Shown here: piece after piece, positions 49,639-61,284 of the stretch
How the letters are laid out: each line of letters opens with the position of its first letter
Position numbering within the stretch: position 1 is the stretch's first letter
Assembly (NCBI GenBank): GCA_965223865.1
Contig: OZ245020.1
Location: 1,056,001-1,120,000, forward strand
DNA from: Nitrosarchaeum sp.
GTDB taxonomy: Archaea > Thermoproteota > Nitrososphaeria > Nitrososphaerales > Nitrosopumilaceae
Length of the DNA: 64,000 bases
Direction of reading: 5' to 3'
The notes under the pieces: generated by a model
Databases searched by the model: none
What the model was told of the DNA's origin: nothing
What the model saw: only the letters and a program-made list of their open reading frames with translations
Position numbers and translations under genes: made by a program

Positions 49639-49856
49639 TCGATTATATGATCTCGGTTGCTTTAAATTCAGTTTTGTTAAAACATTTGTTTTCTTTAACT
49701 AGAAAAGCATTAGTTACAGAAAACATTTCATTTACGCTTTGAAATCTGAACATAATATTAATATATTAATAAAATATTTGATTACTTTTTCAATTTTCTC
49801 ATAGTTTTGTATACTCATAACTAGTTTTATAAACAAGCCATTCGATGTTTGTACCA

Positions 49857-52800
49857 ATGACTTTTGAAAAACGAACAAAAACAGTAATGATGACAATTTC
49901 AATTCTTTCTGTTGCACTTTTAGCAGTTTTCAGTATGATGGATCAGAAAAAATAACTACTCAATCACAAGAAATCCTTATTCCTTCATTTTCTGCTGCTG
50001 ATGCACAGGTAAGTGGCGTGCATCATGAGATAGAAATGGAGGCTGTGAAAATGCCTGATGGCATGTATGCATATCGTATGGTTTCTTATGATCGTGATGG
50101 TACTGATCTGGTAGATAATGGTACTTATGATACAGATCCATCGATTCCAGGTCCTACACTAATATTCAATGAAGGCGATTCAGTAGACCTTAACTTATAC
50201 AACAATGCATGTGAGTCTAACTTTGTTGATGGTTCGGCTCCTAGTATCTCTGGAATTGAAACATTTGCAGAAAACTTTCTAGTTGGTGTTCATGTACATG
50301 GTGTCCACTATGACATTAGTGATGATGCAACATACGGTAGAGTTAACATGGCAGAAAATTCTGCTGCTGAATGTGGAAACGATGTTGATTATCACTGGGA
50401 TGTTGGACTAGGAACTCAAGGTACATGACCATACCATGATCATACTTTTTCACAAAATGAAGTTGGTGCCGAAGATGTAGGATTGTTTGGTACTGTAATC
50501 GTCAATCCTGCAGACGGTCTGGTAACTGGTTTAGTTAATTCTGATACTGGGGAAATTGGTAATGCTACCACAGACCCAGAAAAGGAAACTTCAGAAACTC
50601 CTTTAATTAAAAAGGAATTTGTTTTATGGATGGTATCTTCTGAAGTATTATGTAGAAGCGTCTTTTATGGATGGTATCTTCTGAAGTATTAGGTAGAAGC
50701 GTCTTTTATGGAATGGAAATTGATAACGAAAATGGTGGAAAACAAACTCCTCTATGGATAAATCCAAACCTCTATGCTACTGATGGTGATGCTGTAAGAT
50801 ATCACGTACTTGGAATTGGTGATGAAACTCATGCTTTTCATCTTCATGGACATAGATGGGTTGAAGCACAAGGAGGAGCTGCTGACATCATTGATGTAAA
50901 AGAGATTACTCCACTTCAAAGACACACCTTTTTGATAACGGCAAGTGATAATGAGAATTCCATTAATGGTACTGAAGGATGGATGTATCACTGTCATTTC
51001 TTTAATCATATGCAAGAAGGTATGAGTGGCATGATGATGGTAGTAGATGGCGATGACACGTTACCTGATGTAGGTGCTGTCTTTACTCTCAGTGATGAAC
51101 CAGGACTCTGGATGAAAACTCTTAATGCAGGAATTGCCGATGATCTAGACGAAGCTCTAGAATCACTTGAAGTACTGCCTGCAGGAACAGCAAGAGCGGG
51201 AACTGGATTCCAATTGGATTATCTAGGAACTGCTCTCAGTGAGGGATTTGCTGATTCACTAGGAAGATCACTTGCAGTGATTAATCCCGGCGAAACAGTA
51301 CTATTTACCATGAAAGACTCTCAGACAAAACACACTATTACTTCATTGATTTGGCCAACGGATGCAGCTCCCTTGGGTGGAAATGGACTTCTCACCAATG
51401 AAGTACCTGTTGCATTCTTTGATACACAGCTATCCGTTAGAGGCTCTACATTCCTTACAGATTCAAATGGCTTTGTAGCCACACTTGATACTCCGGGATT
51501 GTACGTCTTTGTATGCCAAATACATCCATACATGCTAAGTGCTGTTATTGTTGATGATCCGACAACTAATGTAAAAGCCAATAACCTTCCTGGTGCCCTC
51601 TATTGCCACTGTTAGATTTAACAAGCAATCCTTCAAATGATCTGACAATTCTAACAAGACATATTGATCCAATTTCTGGTGATGTAGAATTTCCAGTAAC
51701 ACTTGGACCAGTTAATGACTTGCCTTTGGAATTGCTAAAAGACTTCTATGTGATTACAGATCCATCAAACTGGAAAGATTACAACCAAGATAATTGGAAG
51801 GTAAATCTAGTACCAGCACTAGTAACTACAAACACCGAAGATGTTGTAGCTGTATTGCATACAGATACTGATAGTCTTATTGCTCTTGCAGGTGCCTTGG
51901 GAGTAACTAAAAGTGATGGTACGCCATACAATTTAGATCCAGAAGATGAAATACCAGATGATACTATTCTAGGTGCTGATCTAGATGTAAATATGCCAAT
52001 TGATTCTGTAAGTCCTCCAAACAAAAAAGGTATTGGAGAAGTCTGGGTAAATACACAGTTTGAATTAACTGTAAACAAGAATCACCCCGGAACTGCAGCA
52101 GACAAACCTGGAACAATTACAGTAGTTGATGCAAATACATGGGTGTTGAAAGAAAGATTGCACTTCCTGAAATCAACATGAATCATCCACATAATATGTG
52201 GACTGATAGCAAAAACGAAGTAGTATATCAAACACAATGGTTTGATACCAGAATGGTTACAATTGACAGAGAATCAGGTGAGATGATCAAAGATGTCTTT
52301 GTTGGTCAATCACCATCACATGTGATGACATCTCCAGATACTGGCATGATCTACATCGCAATGAATGGTGAAGAGCAAGTAACAGAACTTGATCCAACTA
52401 CTTATGAGGTGACAAGACAAATCTCAACAGGCCAATTCTCTCATCCACATGGTCACTGGATTAGCAGTGATGGAAAGTACATGGTAACTCCAGACTTTCT
52501 CAGTTTGAGTTCCACAATAACGAACCTTCAAGATAACACATCTGTCAAGGCTCAACATCCAATACGTAATCCTGGAGATCCATTCAATACTGTTCTTCTT
52601 GCACCAATTGCAACAGGAATGCTGGGCAGTACTGAAAAGTACTATACGGCTGATTTCCTTGGAAATACCCTAAATGTGATTGATACAGATCAGGCAACAA
52701 TTATTCATCAGATTGATCTTCTTGAGGTAGGTGCAGCACTTCCAATTCAGAGTCCAGTTAGTCCGGACGACAAATGGATGGTTACAGCCAATTTGATTGG

Positions 52801-53221
52801 ACCTACAGGAGCGCCAGTCATCACTGTTGTTGATACTTCAGTTGATGAGGTTGTTGCAGTCCTTCCATGTGATCCAGGATGTCATGGCGTACAATGGGGA
52901 GCAAAGAATGATGGTGGATACTATGCTTATGTATCTAGCAAATTCTCAAATGCTCTAATTGTCGTTGATCCAAAAGATGGATTTGATGCAGAAATTGCAG
53001 GAAAAATAATTCTGACCAAAGAATTTGAGACAGAAATTGATGATCCTGTAATTGATTATGCTGGACAAGGCGGACAAGGTGTTTTGACAATACCTAACGT
53101 CTATGAAGGTTGGATTCAGAAAACTGTAGAAGAATGTGGAAACAAAGCAGATCCTTGTTCTAAAGAAATTGTTGACTTCTTAAAGAAGTTGAAAGACGAT
53201 CAGAAGGATCCACTAGGCTAA
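49857..53221 (+). pseudogene. Large secreted two-domain multicopper oxidase + cupredoxin + YVTN-like beta-propeller, disrupted at about five sites
   Basis: HVHG, GT*PYHDH, HAFHLHGH, WMYHCHFFNHM..GM, CQIHPYM, then propeller repeats (NHPHN, SPSHV, SHPHGH); lesions detailed in findings. Confidence 0.88.
50622..50712 (+). repeat. 41-bp tandem duplication bounded by TTTTATGGA microhomology
   Basis: Units start at 50622 and 50663, third TTTTATGGA at 50704; one mismatch between copies. Confidence 0.9.
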
Positions 53222-53391
53222 ACACTGACTAAATCAAAACTCTTTTTTCTTCCTAATCAAAAACAATTCTAAATAATTTATCTCTCGATTAATATTCAAA
53301 AACTAACAATTTTTTCTGAATATTACATCAATGTAATTTATTTAAAAGAAATAACCAGTGGTTTAAATTCAGTTTTAGGGGATTTTAGCTG

Positions 53392-55344
53392 TTGCAGCAA
53401 ATCCAAAATTTTGAACTTGTATCTGAATTTGAGCCTACAGGAGATCAACCTCAAGCAATTGAAAAACTTGTAGATGGTGTAAAAAATTCAAAAGTTCAGA
53501 CCCTACTTGGTGTAACTGGTAGTGGGAAGACATTTGCTGTTGCAAACGTTATTGCAAGAACTGGGAAAAACACTCTAGTAATTTCACACAACAAGACACT
53601 TGCAGCCCAGCTATACTCTGAATTAAAGCAGTTTTTCCCAAAAAACAATGTAGGGTATTTTGTCTCCTATTATGACTATTACCAACCTGAAAGCTATCTT
53701 CCTCAGACTGATACATACATAGAAAAGGATACTCAAATCAATGAAAAAATTGAAAAATTACGTTTAGAGGCAACTGCAATGTTGTTGTCTGGTGAACCTA
53801 CAATCATAGTTTCTACCGTATCTTGCATCTATTCTCTTGGTAATCCCCAGGATTGGGAAGATTTGGCAATTACGATCCATAATGGTGACCAAATTAAACG
53901 AAATGAAATAATCAGAAAACTTGTTGATGCAAGATATGAGAGAAACAATACAGAAGTTGCTCCCGGAAACTTTAGAGTTAAAGGTGATACTATAGATATT
54001 ATTCCAGCATATTCTGAAGACATTGTTCGAATCTCTATGTTTGGAGATGAAATAGAAAAAATTGCATTACTTGATCATGTTTCTCTAAAAGAAAAGCGCA
54101 AAATATCACAAATGAAAATTTTTCCTGCAAAACACTATCTAATTGCAAAAGATGTACGAGAACGAGCAATTCAATCAATTAAAGAAGAACTGCAATTGCG
54201 TTTGCCTGAACTAAAAGAACTGGAAAGACAAAGACTAGAGATGAGAACAAAATTTGATCTTGAAATGATTGAAGAGCTTGGTTACTGCTCAGGAATTGAA
54301 AACTATTCAAGGCATTTTGATGGGCGTAGTCCTGGCCAAAAAGCATTTTGTCTGATGGACTTTTTTGGGGATGATTATTTGTTAGTAATTGATGAATCTC
54401 ATGTTACCTTGCCACAACTACATGGAATGTACAAAGGTGATCATTCAAGAAAAAAGGAACTTGTAACTTATGGATTTAGACTTCCTAGTGCATATGATAA
54501 TAGACCATTAAAGTTCGAAGAATTTGAAGAATACCTCGAAAATACATTGTTTGTTTCAGCAACACCTGGAGAATATGAGAAAAAAATTTCATATCAGATT
54601 GCCGAGCAATTAGTACGTCCAACTGGTTTGCTTGATCCTAAAGTTGAGATAAGACAAACTAAAGACCAGATGGATAATCTTATCGAGGAAATAGCTAAAT
54701 GTGCACAAAAAAATGAGCGTGTCTTAGTCACTACCTTGACTAAACGTATGGCTGAAGATCTAGCCGAATATCTCTCAAAAAAACAAGTACGAGTCAGATA
54801 CATGCACTCAGAAATTGAAGGACTCCAACGAACCGAACTAATCAGGCAACTGCGTCTTGGGGAATTCGATGTTCTAGTTGGAATTAATCTTCTAAGGGAA
54901 GGATTGGATATTCCTGAAGTTTCTCTTGTTGCAATTTTGGATGCGGACAAGGAGGGATTTTTGAGAAACTTTACTAGTTTGATTCAAACTTTCGGTCGAG
55001 CTGCAAGAAATGCAAGCGGTTCTGTAATCATGTATGCTGATAATGTAACACAGTCAATGAAAAACGCAATGAATGAAACCAAGAGACGAAGAGAAAAACA
55101 ATTACAATACAACAAAGAACACAACATTATCCCACAAACAATCATAAAGTCAGTACCTGAACAGGTTGCAACCTTGGATGAATCAAAGCTAAAGTCTTCT
55201 CATGATCTTGCCACAGATATTATTGATTTGGAGGCACAAATGAAAAAATATTCTGAGGATTTAGATTTTGAGCGAGCAATTGAATGCAGAGATAGAATAA
55301 AAAGACTAGAAAAGGAGATTAAATTAAAAGATGACAGAAAGTAA
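53392..55344 (+). CDS. uvrB: Excinuclease ABC subunit B
   Basis: GVTGSGKT, SYYDYYQPE, DESH, LLREGLD, GRAARN, C-terminal UVR domain. Confidence 0.98.
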   Translation: MQQIQNFELVSEFEPTGDQPQAIEKLVDGVKNSKVQTLLGVTGSGKTFAVANVIARTGKNTLVISHNKTLAAQLYSELKQFFPKNNVGYFVSYYDYYQPESYLPQTDTYIEKDTQINEKIEKLRLEATAMLLSGEPTIIVSTVSCIYSLGNPQDWEDLAITIHNGDQIKRNEIIRKLVDARYERNNTEVAPGNFRVKGDTIDIIPAYSEDIVRISMFGDEIEKIALLDHVSLKEKRKISQMKIFPAKHYLIAKDVRERAIQSIKEELQLRLPELKELERQRLEMRTKFDLEMIEELGYCSGIENYSRHFDGRSPGQKAFCLMDFFGDDYLLVIDESHVTLPQLHGMYKGDHSRKKELVTYGFRLPSAYDNRPLKFEEFEEYLENTLFVSATPGEYEKKISYQIAEQLVRPTGLLDPKVEIRQTKDQMDNLIEEIAKCAQKNERVLVTTLTKRMAEDLAEYLSKKQVRVRYMHSEIEGLQRTELIRQLRLGEFDVLVGINLLREGLDIPEVSLVAILDADKEGFLRNFTSLIQTFGRAARNASGSVIMYADNVTQSMKNAMNETKRRREKQLQYNKEHNIIPQTIIKSVPEQVATLDESKLKSSHDLATDIIDLEAQMKKYSEDLDFERAIECRDRIKRLEKEIKLKDDRK

Positions 55345-58150
55345 ATTAAAGATTCGCGGGGCTAGACATCACAATTTAAAAAATCTTGACATTGATATTC
55401 CAAAAAATAATCTAGTTGTAATTAGTGGATTATCTGGTTCTGGAAAATCTACATTAGCTTTTGATACTATTTATGCTGAAGGACAAAGACGTTATGTAGA
55501 ATCACTTTCTGCATATGCAAGACAATTTCTTGAAATGATGGACAAACCAGATGTTGATTCAATTGAAGGCTTGTCGCCAGCTATTTCTATTCAGCAAAAA
55601 ACTACAAGTAAAAATCCACGTTCTACTGTTGGAACAACTACTGAAATTTATGATTACATGAGATTGCTATTTGCAAGAATTGGAATTCCATATTGTACAA
55701 ACTGTGGACGGAAAATCTCGAATCAGTCAATTGAGACAATTTGTGACTCTGTTCTCAAAGACTTTGATGGACAGAAAATTCTAATCTTGTCGCCTATTAT
55801 TCAAAGAAAAAAAGGAACTTACGAGAAATTATTTGAACAGATAAAAAAAGATGGATACTCTAGAATACGCCTAAATGGGGAAATTTTGAGCCTAGATGAT
55901 GAAATTCCGCCTCTTGATAGACAGAAATGGCACAATATTGAGATTGTTGTAGATAGGATTCAATCTGAAAAATCCGAACGCTCAAGACTTTTTGAGGCAA
56001 TACAAACTGCAATCAAAACGTCAAAAGGTGATGTAATGATTTCTTCAGAAAAATCTGAAAAAATATTTTCTCAAAACAATGCATGTCCATATTGCGGTTT
56101 GACAGTAGGTGAGCTTGAACCCAGAACATTTTCTTTCAATTCTCCTTTTGGAATGTGCAAAGCATGTAATGGTCTTGGAGTAAAGATGGAATTTGATGCT
56201 GATCTGGTAATTCCTGACAAAACAAAATCAATACTTGATGGGGCAATTGTTCCATGGAGTGGAAGATTCTCTTCATTTAGACGACAAGCATTAAGAGCAG
56301 TTGGCAAAAAATTTGGATTTGATTTAATGACTCCAATTGAGAAAATAAAACAAAAACATCTAAAGATTATTTTACATGGCACTGATGATTTAATTGATTT
56401 TAGATATCGATCAAAGTCTGGTGATTCTTCTTGGCAGTATACTGATGCCTTTGAGGGTGTACTTGAAAACCTTCAACGCGTCTTTATGGAAACTGACTCT
56501 GAATCAAAACGTGAATGGCTAAAACAATTCATGAGAGATACTCCATGTAATGTTTGTAATGGTAAAAAGCTAAAACCTGAATCTTTAGCAGTCAAAATCA
56601 ATGACAAAGGAATAATGGATGTATGTGATATGTCAATTGATCATTGCTATGATTTTTTCTCTACCCTAAAACTCACTGAAAATGAACAATACATTGCACG
56701 AGATGTTCTAAAAGAGATTAAGGAAAGACTAGAATTTTTGATGAATGTTGGATTAAATTATCTTACACTTAATCGACTAAGCTCTACTTTGTCTGGTGGT
56801 GAATCACAAAGAATTAGATTAGCAACTCAGATTGGTTCTAATTTGACAGGAGTTTTGTATGTTTTAGATGAGCCTACCATTGGATTGCATCAACGTGATA
56901 ATGAACGACTCATAAAAACGCTAACAAAGCTACGAAATCTGGGAAATACTGTCATTGTTGTAGAACATGACGAAGAAGTTATCCGAAATTCAGATTGGAT
57001 AGTAGACTTGGGTCCTGGTGCAGGAGTTCATGGTGGGAATGTAGTTTTTGAAGGAACAGTTGAAAAAATTCTCAACGGTCACAAATCTGTAACTGGTGCT
57101 TATCTAAAAAATAACTCGCTGATACAACTAGAAAATAAAATTCGAAACTCAATCGGCTCTTTAATTGTAAAGGGTGCATCAGAGAATAATCTTAAGAATA
57201 TTAATGTTGAAATTCCACTAGGTCTTTTTGTTTCTATTACTGGTGTGTCAGGTTCTGGTAAATCAACTCTGATAAATGATATATTATTGAAATCTTTGGA
57301 AAACCATTTTTACAAATCAAATATAAGGCCTGGAAAGCACAGAGAGATTATAGGTCTTGAAAATATTGACAAAGTAATTGCAATTGATCAATCTCCTATT
57401 GGTAGAACTCCTCGTTCTAATCCTGCAACATACATAGGTGCATTTACACCAATACGCGAGCTTTATGCAAATACAGAACTATCAAAAGAAAGAGGATATG
57501 CACCAGGACAATTTTCATTTAATGTTGCTGATGGAAGATGCTTTGCATGTGATGGAGATGGTGTAAAACAAATTGAAATGCAATTTTTATCTGATGTTTA
57601 TGTAAAGTGTGACGAGTGTAAAGGAAAAAGATACAATTCTGAAACTCTAAGTGTTTTGTACAAGGGAAAAAATATTGCAGATGTTTTAGATATGACAGTT
57701 TATGAGGCATTGCAATTTTTTGAAAACATTCCTGCAATAAAACGAAAGCTACAAACAATTTATGATGTTGGACTAGGATACATTAAGCTTGGTCAGTCTT
57801 CAACCACTTTGTCTGGTGGTGAGGCTCAAAGAGTAAAACTTGCATCAGAATTATCTAAAAGAGGAACGGGAAGAACCTTTTACATTTTAGATGAACCCAC
57901 AACAGGTCTTCATTTTGCTGACGTCCAAAAATTATTAGATGTTTTAAATCGGTTGGTAAATCTTGGAAATACTGTGGTAGTAATTGAACATAATATGGAT
58001 GTCATCAAAAACTCTGATTGGTTAGTTGATCTAGGTCCTGAGGGAGGTGATGAAGGAGGAAACATAGTGACGGCAGGTACTCCTGAACAAGTTGCAAAGG
58101 CTCCTGGAAGTTATACTGGAAAATATCTGAAAAAGTTGCTCAAAAAATGA
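55331..58150 (+). CDS. uvrA: Excinuclease ABC subunit A
   Basis: Two ABC modules (GLSGSGKS, GVSGSGKS, LSGGE, LDEP) and Zn fingers. Confidence 0.98.
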   Translation: MTESKLKIRGARHHNLKNLDIDIPKNNLVVISGLSGSGKSTLAFDTIYAEGQRRYVESLSAYARQFLEMMDKPDVDSIEGLSPAISIQQKTTSKNPRSTVGTTTEIYDYMRLLFARIGIPYCTNCGRKISNQSIETICDSVLKDFDGQKILILSPIIQRKKGTYEKLFEQIKKDGYSRIRLNGEILSLDDEIPPLDRQKWHNIEIVVDRIQSEKSERSRLFEAIQTAIKTSKGDVMISSEKSEKIFSQNNACPYCGLTVGELEPRTFSFNSPFGMCKACNGLGVKMEFDADLVIPDKTKSILDGAIVPWSGRFSSFRRQALRAVGKKFGFDLMTPIEKIKQKHLKIILHGTDDLIDFRYRSKSGDSSWQYTDAFEGVLENLQRVFMETDSESKREWLKQFMRDTPCNVCNGKKLKPESLAVKINDKGIMDVCDMSIDHCYDFFSTLKLTENEQYIARDVLKEIKERLEFLMNVGLNYLTLNRLSSTLSGGESQRIRLATQIGSNLTGVLYVLDEPTIGLHQRDNERLIKTLTKLRNLGNTVIVVEHDEEVIRNSDWIVDLGPGAGVHGGNVVFEGTVEKILNGHKSVTGAYLKNNSLIQLENKIRNSIGSLIVKGASENNLKNINVEIPLGLFVSITGVSGSGKSTLINDILLKSLENHFYKSNIRPGKHREIIGLENIDKVIAIDQSPIGRTPRSNPATYIGAFTPIRELYANTELSKERGYAPGQFSFNVADGRCFACDGDGVKQIEMQFLSDVYVKCDECKGKRYNSETLSVLYKGKNIADVLDMTVYEALQFFENIPAIKRKLQTIYDVGLGYIKLGQSSTTLSGGEAQRVKLASELSKRGTGRTFYILDEPTTGLHFADVQKLLDVLNRLVNLGNTVVVIEHNMDVIKNSDWLVDLGPEGGDEGGNIVTAGTPEQVAKAPGSYTGKYLKKLLKK

Positions 58151-59733
58151 CCTTTGATATATCTTCAATCAAAATCCCCTCAGATTCTGGAATTTATTTA
58201 ATGAAAAATTCTGAAAAAAAAATTATCTACATAGGAAAAGCAAAGAACCTAAAAAATCGTGTAAGATCATATTTTTTAAAAAATCAAAACTACAAAACAC
58301 AAAAACTTGTTGAAAATATTACAGACATTGAATTTGTTTTAACTGATAATGAAAGTGAGGCATTTCTTTTAGAGTCAAATATGATAAAAAAATATAGACC
58401 ACGTTTTAACATTGAATTAAAAGATCAACAGAGGTACACATATCTTAGAATTTCTGATGAAAAATATCCACGACTCCTTGTTGCACGAAGAACAAGAGAT
58501 GGAAAATTTCTAGGCAAGGGAAAAATTTATGGCCCTTTTACTCAGGGAAGCTCAAAACTTCTTACCATTGGAACGTTAAGAAAAGCCTTTCAAATTCGTA
58601 TATGTAAAACACTTCCAAAAAAAGTATGTTTAGAATATCATTTAGGAAATTGTGAAGGGCCTTGTGAATTCAAAGATGCACAAGAGAGATATCCAAAACA
58701 TGTTGAGGCCCTTGAAGAAGTACTAAAGGGTAAAAATCAAACAAAAATTTTTACCAAAAAATTGGAGCAAGAAATGAAGCAAGCAGCTGATTTGCAGCAA
58801 TTTGAGCGTGCAAAAGACATACGTGATACCTTGATTCGTTTAGGTAGTCTATCAACCAAACAAAAAATGGAATATATAGAAAATTCTGATGAAGAATATT
58901 TTGGAATTGGTGAGCAAGATCAAACAGCTACTGTGATGAACTTTAGAATGATTAATGGAGTTATTCGTGATAGTGATAAATTCTCTTTTGATATGGTTGG
59001 TGATAACTCGTTTTCTAATTTTATTTTCCAGTATTATTCTACCCATAAAATACCTAAATTTATTCTAGTAAACAGAATGCCAGAAAATAAAGATCTCTTA
59101 GAGTCATTACTTTCTGAGCAAGCAGGATTTAAAGTTGAGATTATCTCTCCTCAACGTGGCAAAAGAAAAGATATTATCAATTTGATTTTAAAAAACATAA
59201 AATTAATTCATTCAAAAGGTGGCGAGCCAGGCTTAATTGAATTAAAAGAAATTCTAAATCTACCTGAAATACCAAATGTCATTGAATGTTTTGATATTTC
59301 AAACCATGGTGAAGATTTTGCCGTTGGCTCAATGTCTAGATTCGTTAATGGAAAACCACAAAAATCTGGGTATAGAAAATTCAAAATCAAAACCGTTACT
59401 GGTAGAGACGACTTTGCTATGATTGGTGAGGTAATCAAGAGGAGATACTATAGGTTATTGGAAGAAAAATCTGAGTTGCCCTCTCTTATCTTAATTGATG
59501 GTGGCAAGGGTCAGCTAAACACTGCACTATCCTCATTGCAATCACTTGGTGTAAAGATTCCATGTGTTTCATTAGCCAAAGAAAATGAGGAGATTTATGT
59601 ATCAAACCAAAAAACTCCTATTGTTATATCCAAAGATCAAGCATCTTTGAAAATTTTACAGCATGCTAGAGATGAAACCCATAGATTTGGTGTTGCATAT
59701 AACAGAACAATTCGTAAAAATCAGATAAAATAA
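58147..59733 (+). CDS. uvrC: Excinuclease ABC subunit C
   Basis: GIY-YIG (GIY..IYIGKAKNL..RV.SYF), UVR, FDISN, LIDGGKGQ, RDETHRF. Confidence 0.97.
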   Translation: MTFDISSIKIPSDSGIYLMKNSEKKIIYIGKAKNLKNRVRSYFLKNQNYKTQKLVENITDIEFVLTDNESEAFLLESNMIKKYRPRFNIELKDQQRYTYLRISDEKYPRLLVARRTRDGKFLGKGKIYGPFTQGSSKLLTIGTLRKAFQIRICKTLPKKVCLEYHLGNCEGPCEFKDAQERYPKHVEALEEVLKGKNQTKIFTKKLEQEMKQAADLQQFERAKDIRDTLIRLGSLSTKQKMEYIENSDEEYFGIGEQDQTATVMNFRMINGVIRDSDKFSFDMVGDNSFSNFIFQYYSTHKIPKFILVNRMPENKDLLESLLSEQAGFKVEIISPQRGKRKDIINLILKNIKLIHSKGGEPGLIELKEILNLPEIPNVIECFDISNHGEDFAVGSMSRFVNGKPQKSGYRKFKIKTVTGRDDFAMIGEVIKRRYYRLLEEKSELPSLILIDGGKGQLNTALSSLQSLGVKIPCVSLAKENEEIYVSNQKTPIVISKDQASLKILQHARDETHRFGVAYNRTIRKNQIK

Positions 59734-59753
59734 GAAAAAAGAAGAAAATGTGG

Positions 59754-60365
59754 TTAGTTTACTTGAACGTCACCTATCATCCATGGGTGAACCATACAGA
59801 AGTAATCATAGCTTCCTGCCTCATCAAATGTGAATGCATATGTTGCACCACCTAAGACTAGACTGCTATCAAATACACCTGTTGGACCATCAGCTGGACT
59901 TCCACTTGTTACTGTATGTGCTGCAGTATCTGAGTTGATCCATTCAACAGTGTCACCTACATTAATTGTGACAGATGCTGGTATGTAACATTCATTGGTC
60001 TCTTCACAGCCTGGAACTGAGGTTCCTGCTGGCATGTCAACTGTTACTGTCTTTGGACCCATCTCTACTACCATTTCAGATTCTGGTTCCATTACTGGTT
60101 CAGGTTCTGGTTCCATTACCGGTTCTGTCTTTGGAGTTTCTTTGGCTTGTTCTTTTACTTCTTTAACAATATCTGCAAACGGATCAGTTCCTGCTTTTGG
60201 CTCTTCGGAACTTTGCATTTCAGTTGTACTTGGTTGCACTACTGCCTGTGGAACTTCAATATTTATTCCTAGATCTTGTCCTGATTGACCTGCCAAGGCA
60301 ATAGCTACGCCTGCAGCTACTATTGCAATAGACCATCCTATTGCTGCTTTGTCTATACCTGCCAT
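59754..60365 (-). CDS. Membrane-anchored plastocyanin-like blue copper protein
   Basis: N-terminal TM; PGCEETNECYIP; AAHTVTSG; YFCMVHPWM. Confidence 0.92.
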   Translation of the reverse strand: MAGIDKAAIGWSIAIVAAGVAIALAGQSGQDLGINIEVPQAVVQPSTTEMQSSEEPKAGTDPFADIVKEVKEQAKETPKTEPVMEPEPEPVMEPESEMVVEMGPKTVTVDMPAGTSVPGCEETNECYIPASVTINVGDTVEWINSDTAAHTVTSGSPADGPTGVFDSSLVLGGATYAFTFDEAGSYDYFCMVHPWMIGDVQVN

Positions 60366-60554
60366 TTGTTTTCAAACAATTTGATCAATAAATAAAGCTA
60401 ATCACTTTAGATCAAAAAATAGTTGAAATATTTACAAAATCTTTATTGATTTTTACTAAATTCACTATTATCGTATAAAATCAAATGTGAATTCTATCTT
60501 TGATAGCGTCTTTATTTTTTGGTAAATATCTGGTTTTATATGAACTGCTTTTAG

Positions 60555-60936
60555 TTAAATTATTTTTCCAGCCAAGTTTTCTTCTTTGGGAATTAATTCG
60601 TATTGAATTTTTAATTTTCTTTGTGAAATAAATTGTCTGATAAAATGAGTTCTTTTTTCAATAAATCCATCTGCATTTTTTTTATTTAATTTTAAATGTT
60701 CGTACATTGAATTATTGTCCAATTTTACAATTAGATTGTCTTCATTTTTTATGGTAAATGTACCAATTCCCCAAAATAATCCAACATGTAATGCAATGTA
60801 TTTTGATTGCAGGTTGCTAACTTTGTCTTTATAAATTTCAGTATGTTCTCTAGTTTGTTCAACTTTGGAATTATTTGTTTGAATAAGCCAGGAAATTTTT
60901 TTTTGTGTTTCCATCTAAATAAAAAACATGTTGCAA
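60555..60936 (-). pseudogene. RNase H-like fold small protein with a +1 frameshift in an A9 run near the start
   Basis: Upstream frame LQHVFYLDGNT joins KKISWLIQ if one A is removed at ~60896-60904; body KYIALHVGLFWG...ENLAG. Confidence 0.5.
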
Positions 60937-61284
60937 TTGTAAAACAAAAAATATTTTCTCACTATATAACTTCCTTGATTTGAAGGTAATTAGAATATAG
61001 ATTCACAAAAAATATATCGTAAATCTCAAAGATCCGGAAAAGAAAATAATTTTTCACAACTTTTTAATCTCTAGTAATGTTACAAGAATAATCGATAAAA
61101 AATGCTGTAAAAAATTAAACCCTCAAAAACAAGTTAGCAATTTTAAGTCTAATAGGAAATGTGGATTTGGTTATTACTGTCCTGATAATTGATTAGTCTT
61201 ATTCTGTTTATCTAATTTAGCATCGTAACTATTACATAAATTCTGATTAACATAAATCTGATCATGTATTTTATAAACTAGAAA

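Noticed and set aside
50426-50428. TGA as selenocysteine or recoding in the MCO gene
   Set aside because: The position corresponds to a conserved Trp and the gene has several other lesions.
60074-60130. Short PVMEPE-encoding repeats in the cupredoxin gene
   Set aside because: Ordinary Pro/Glu linker.
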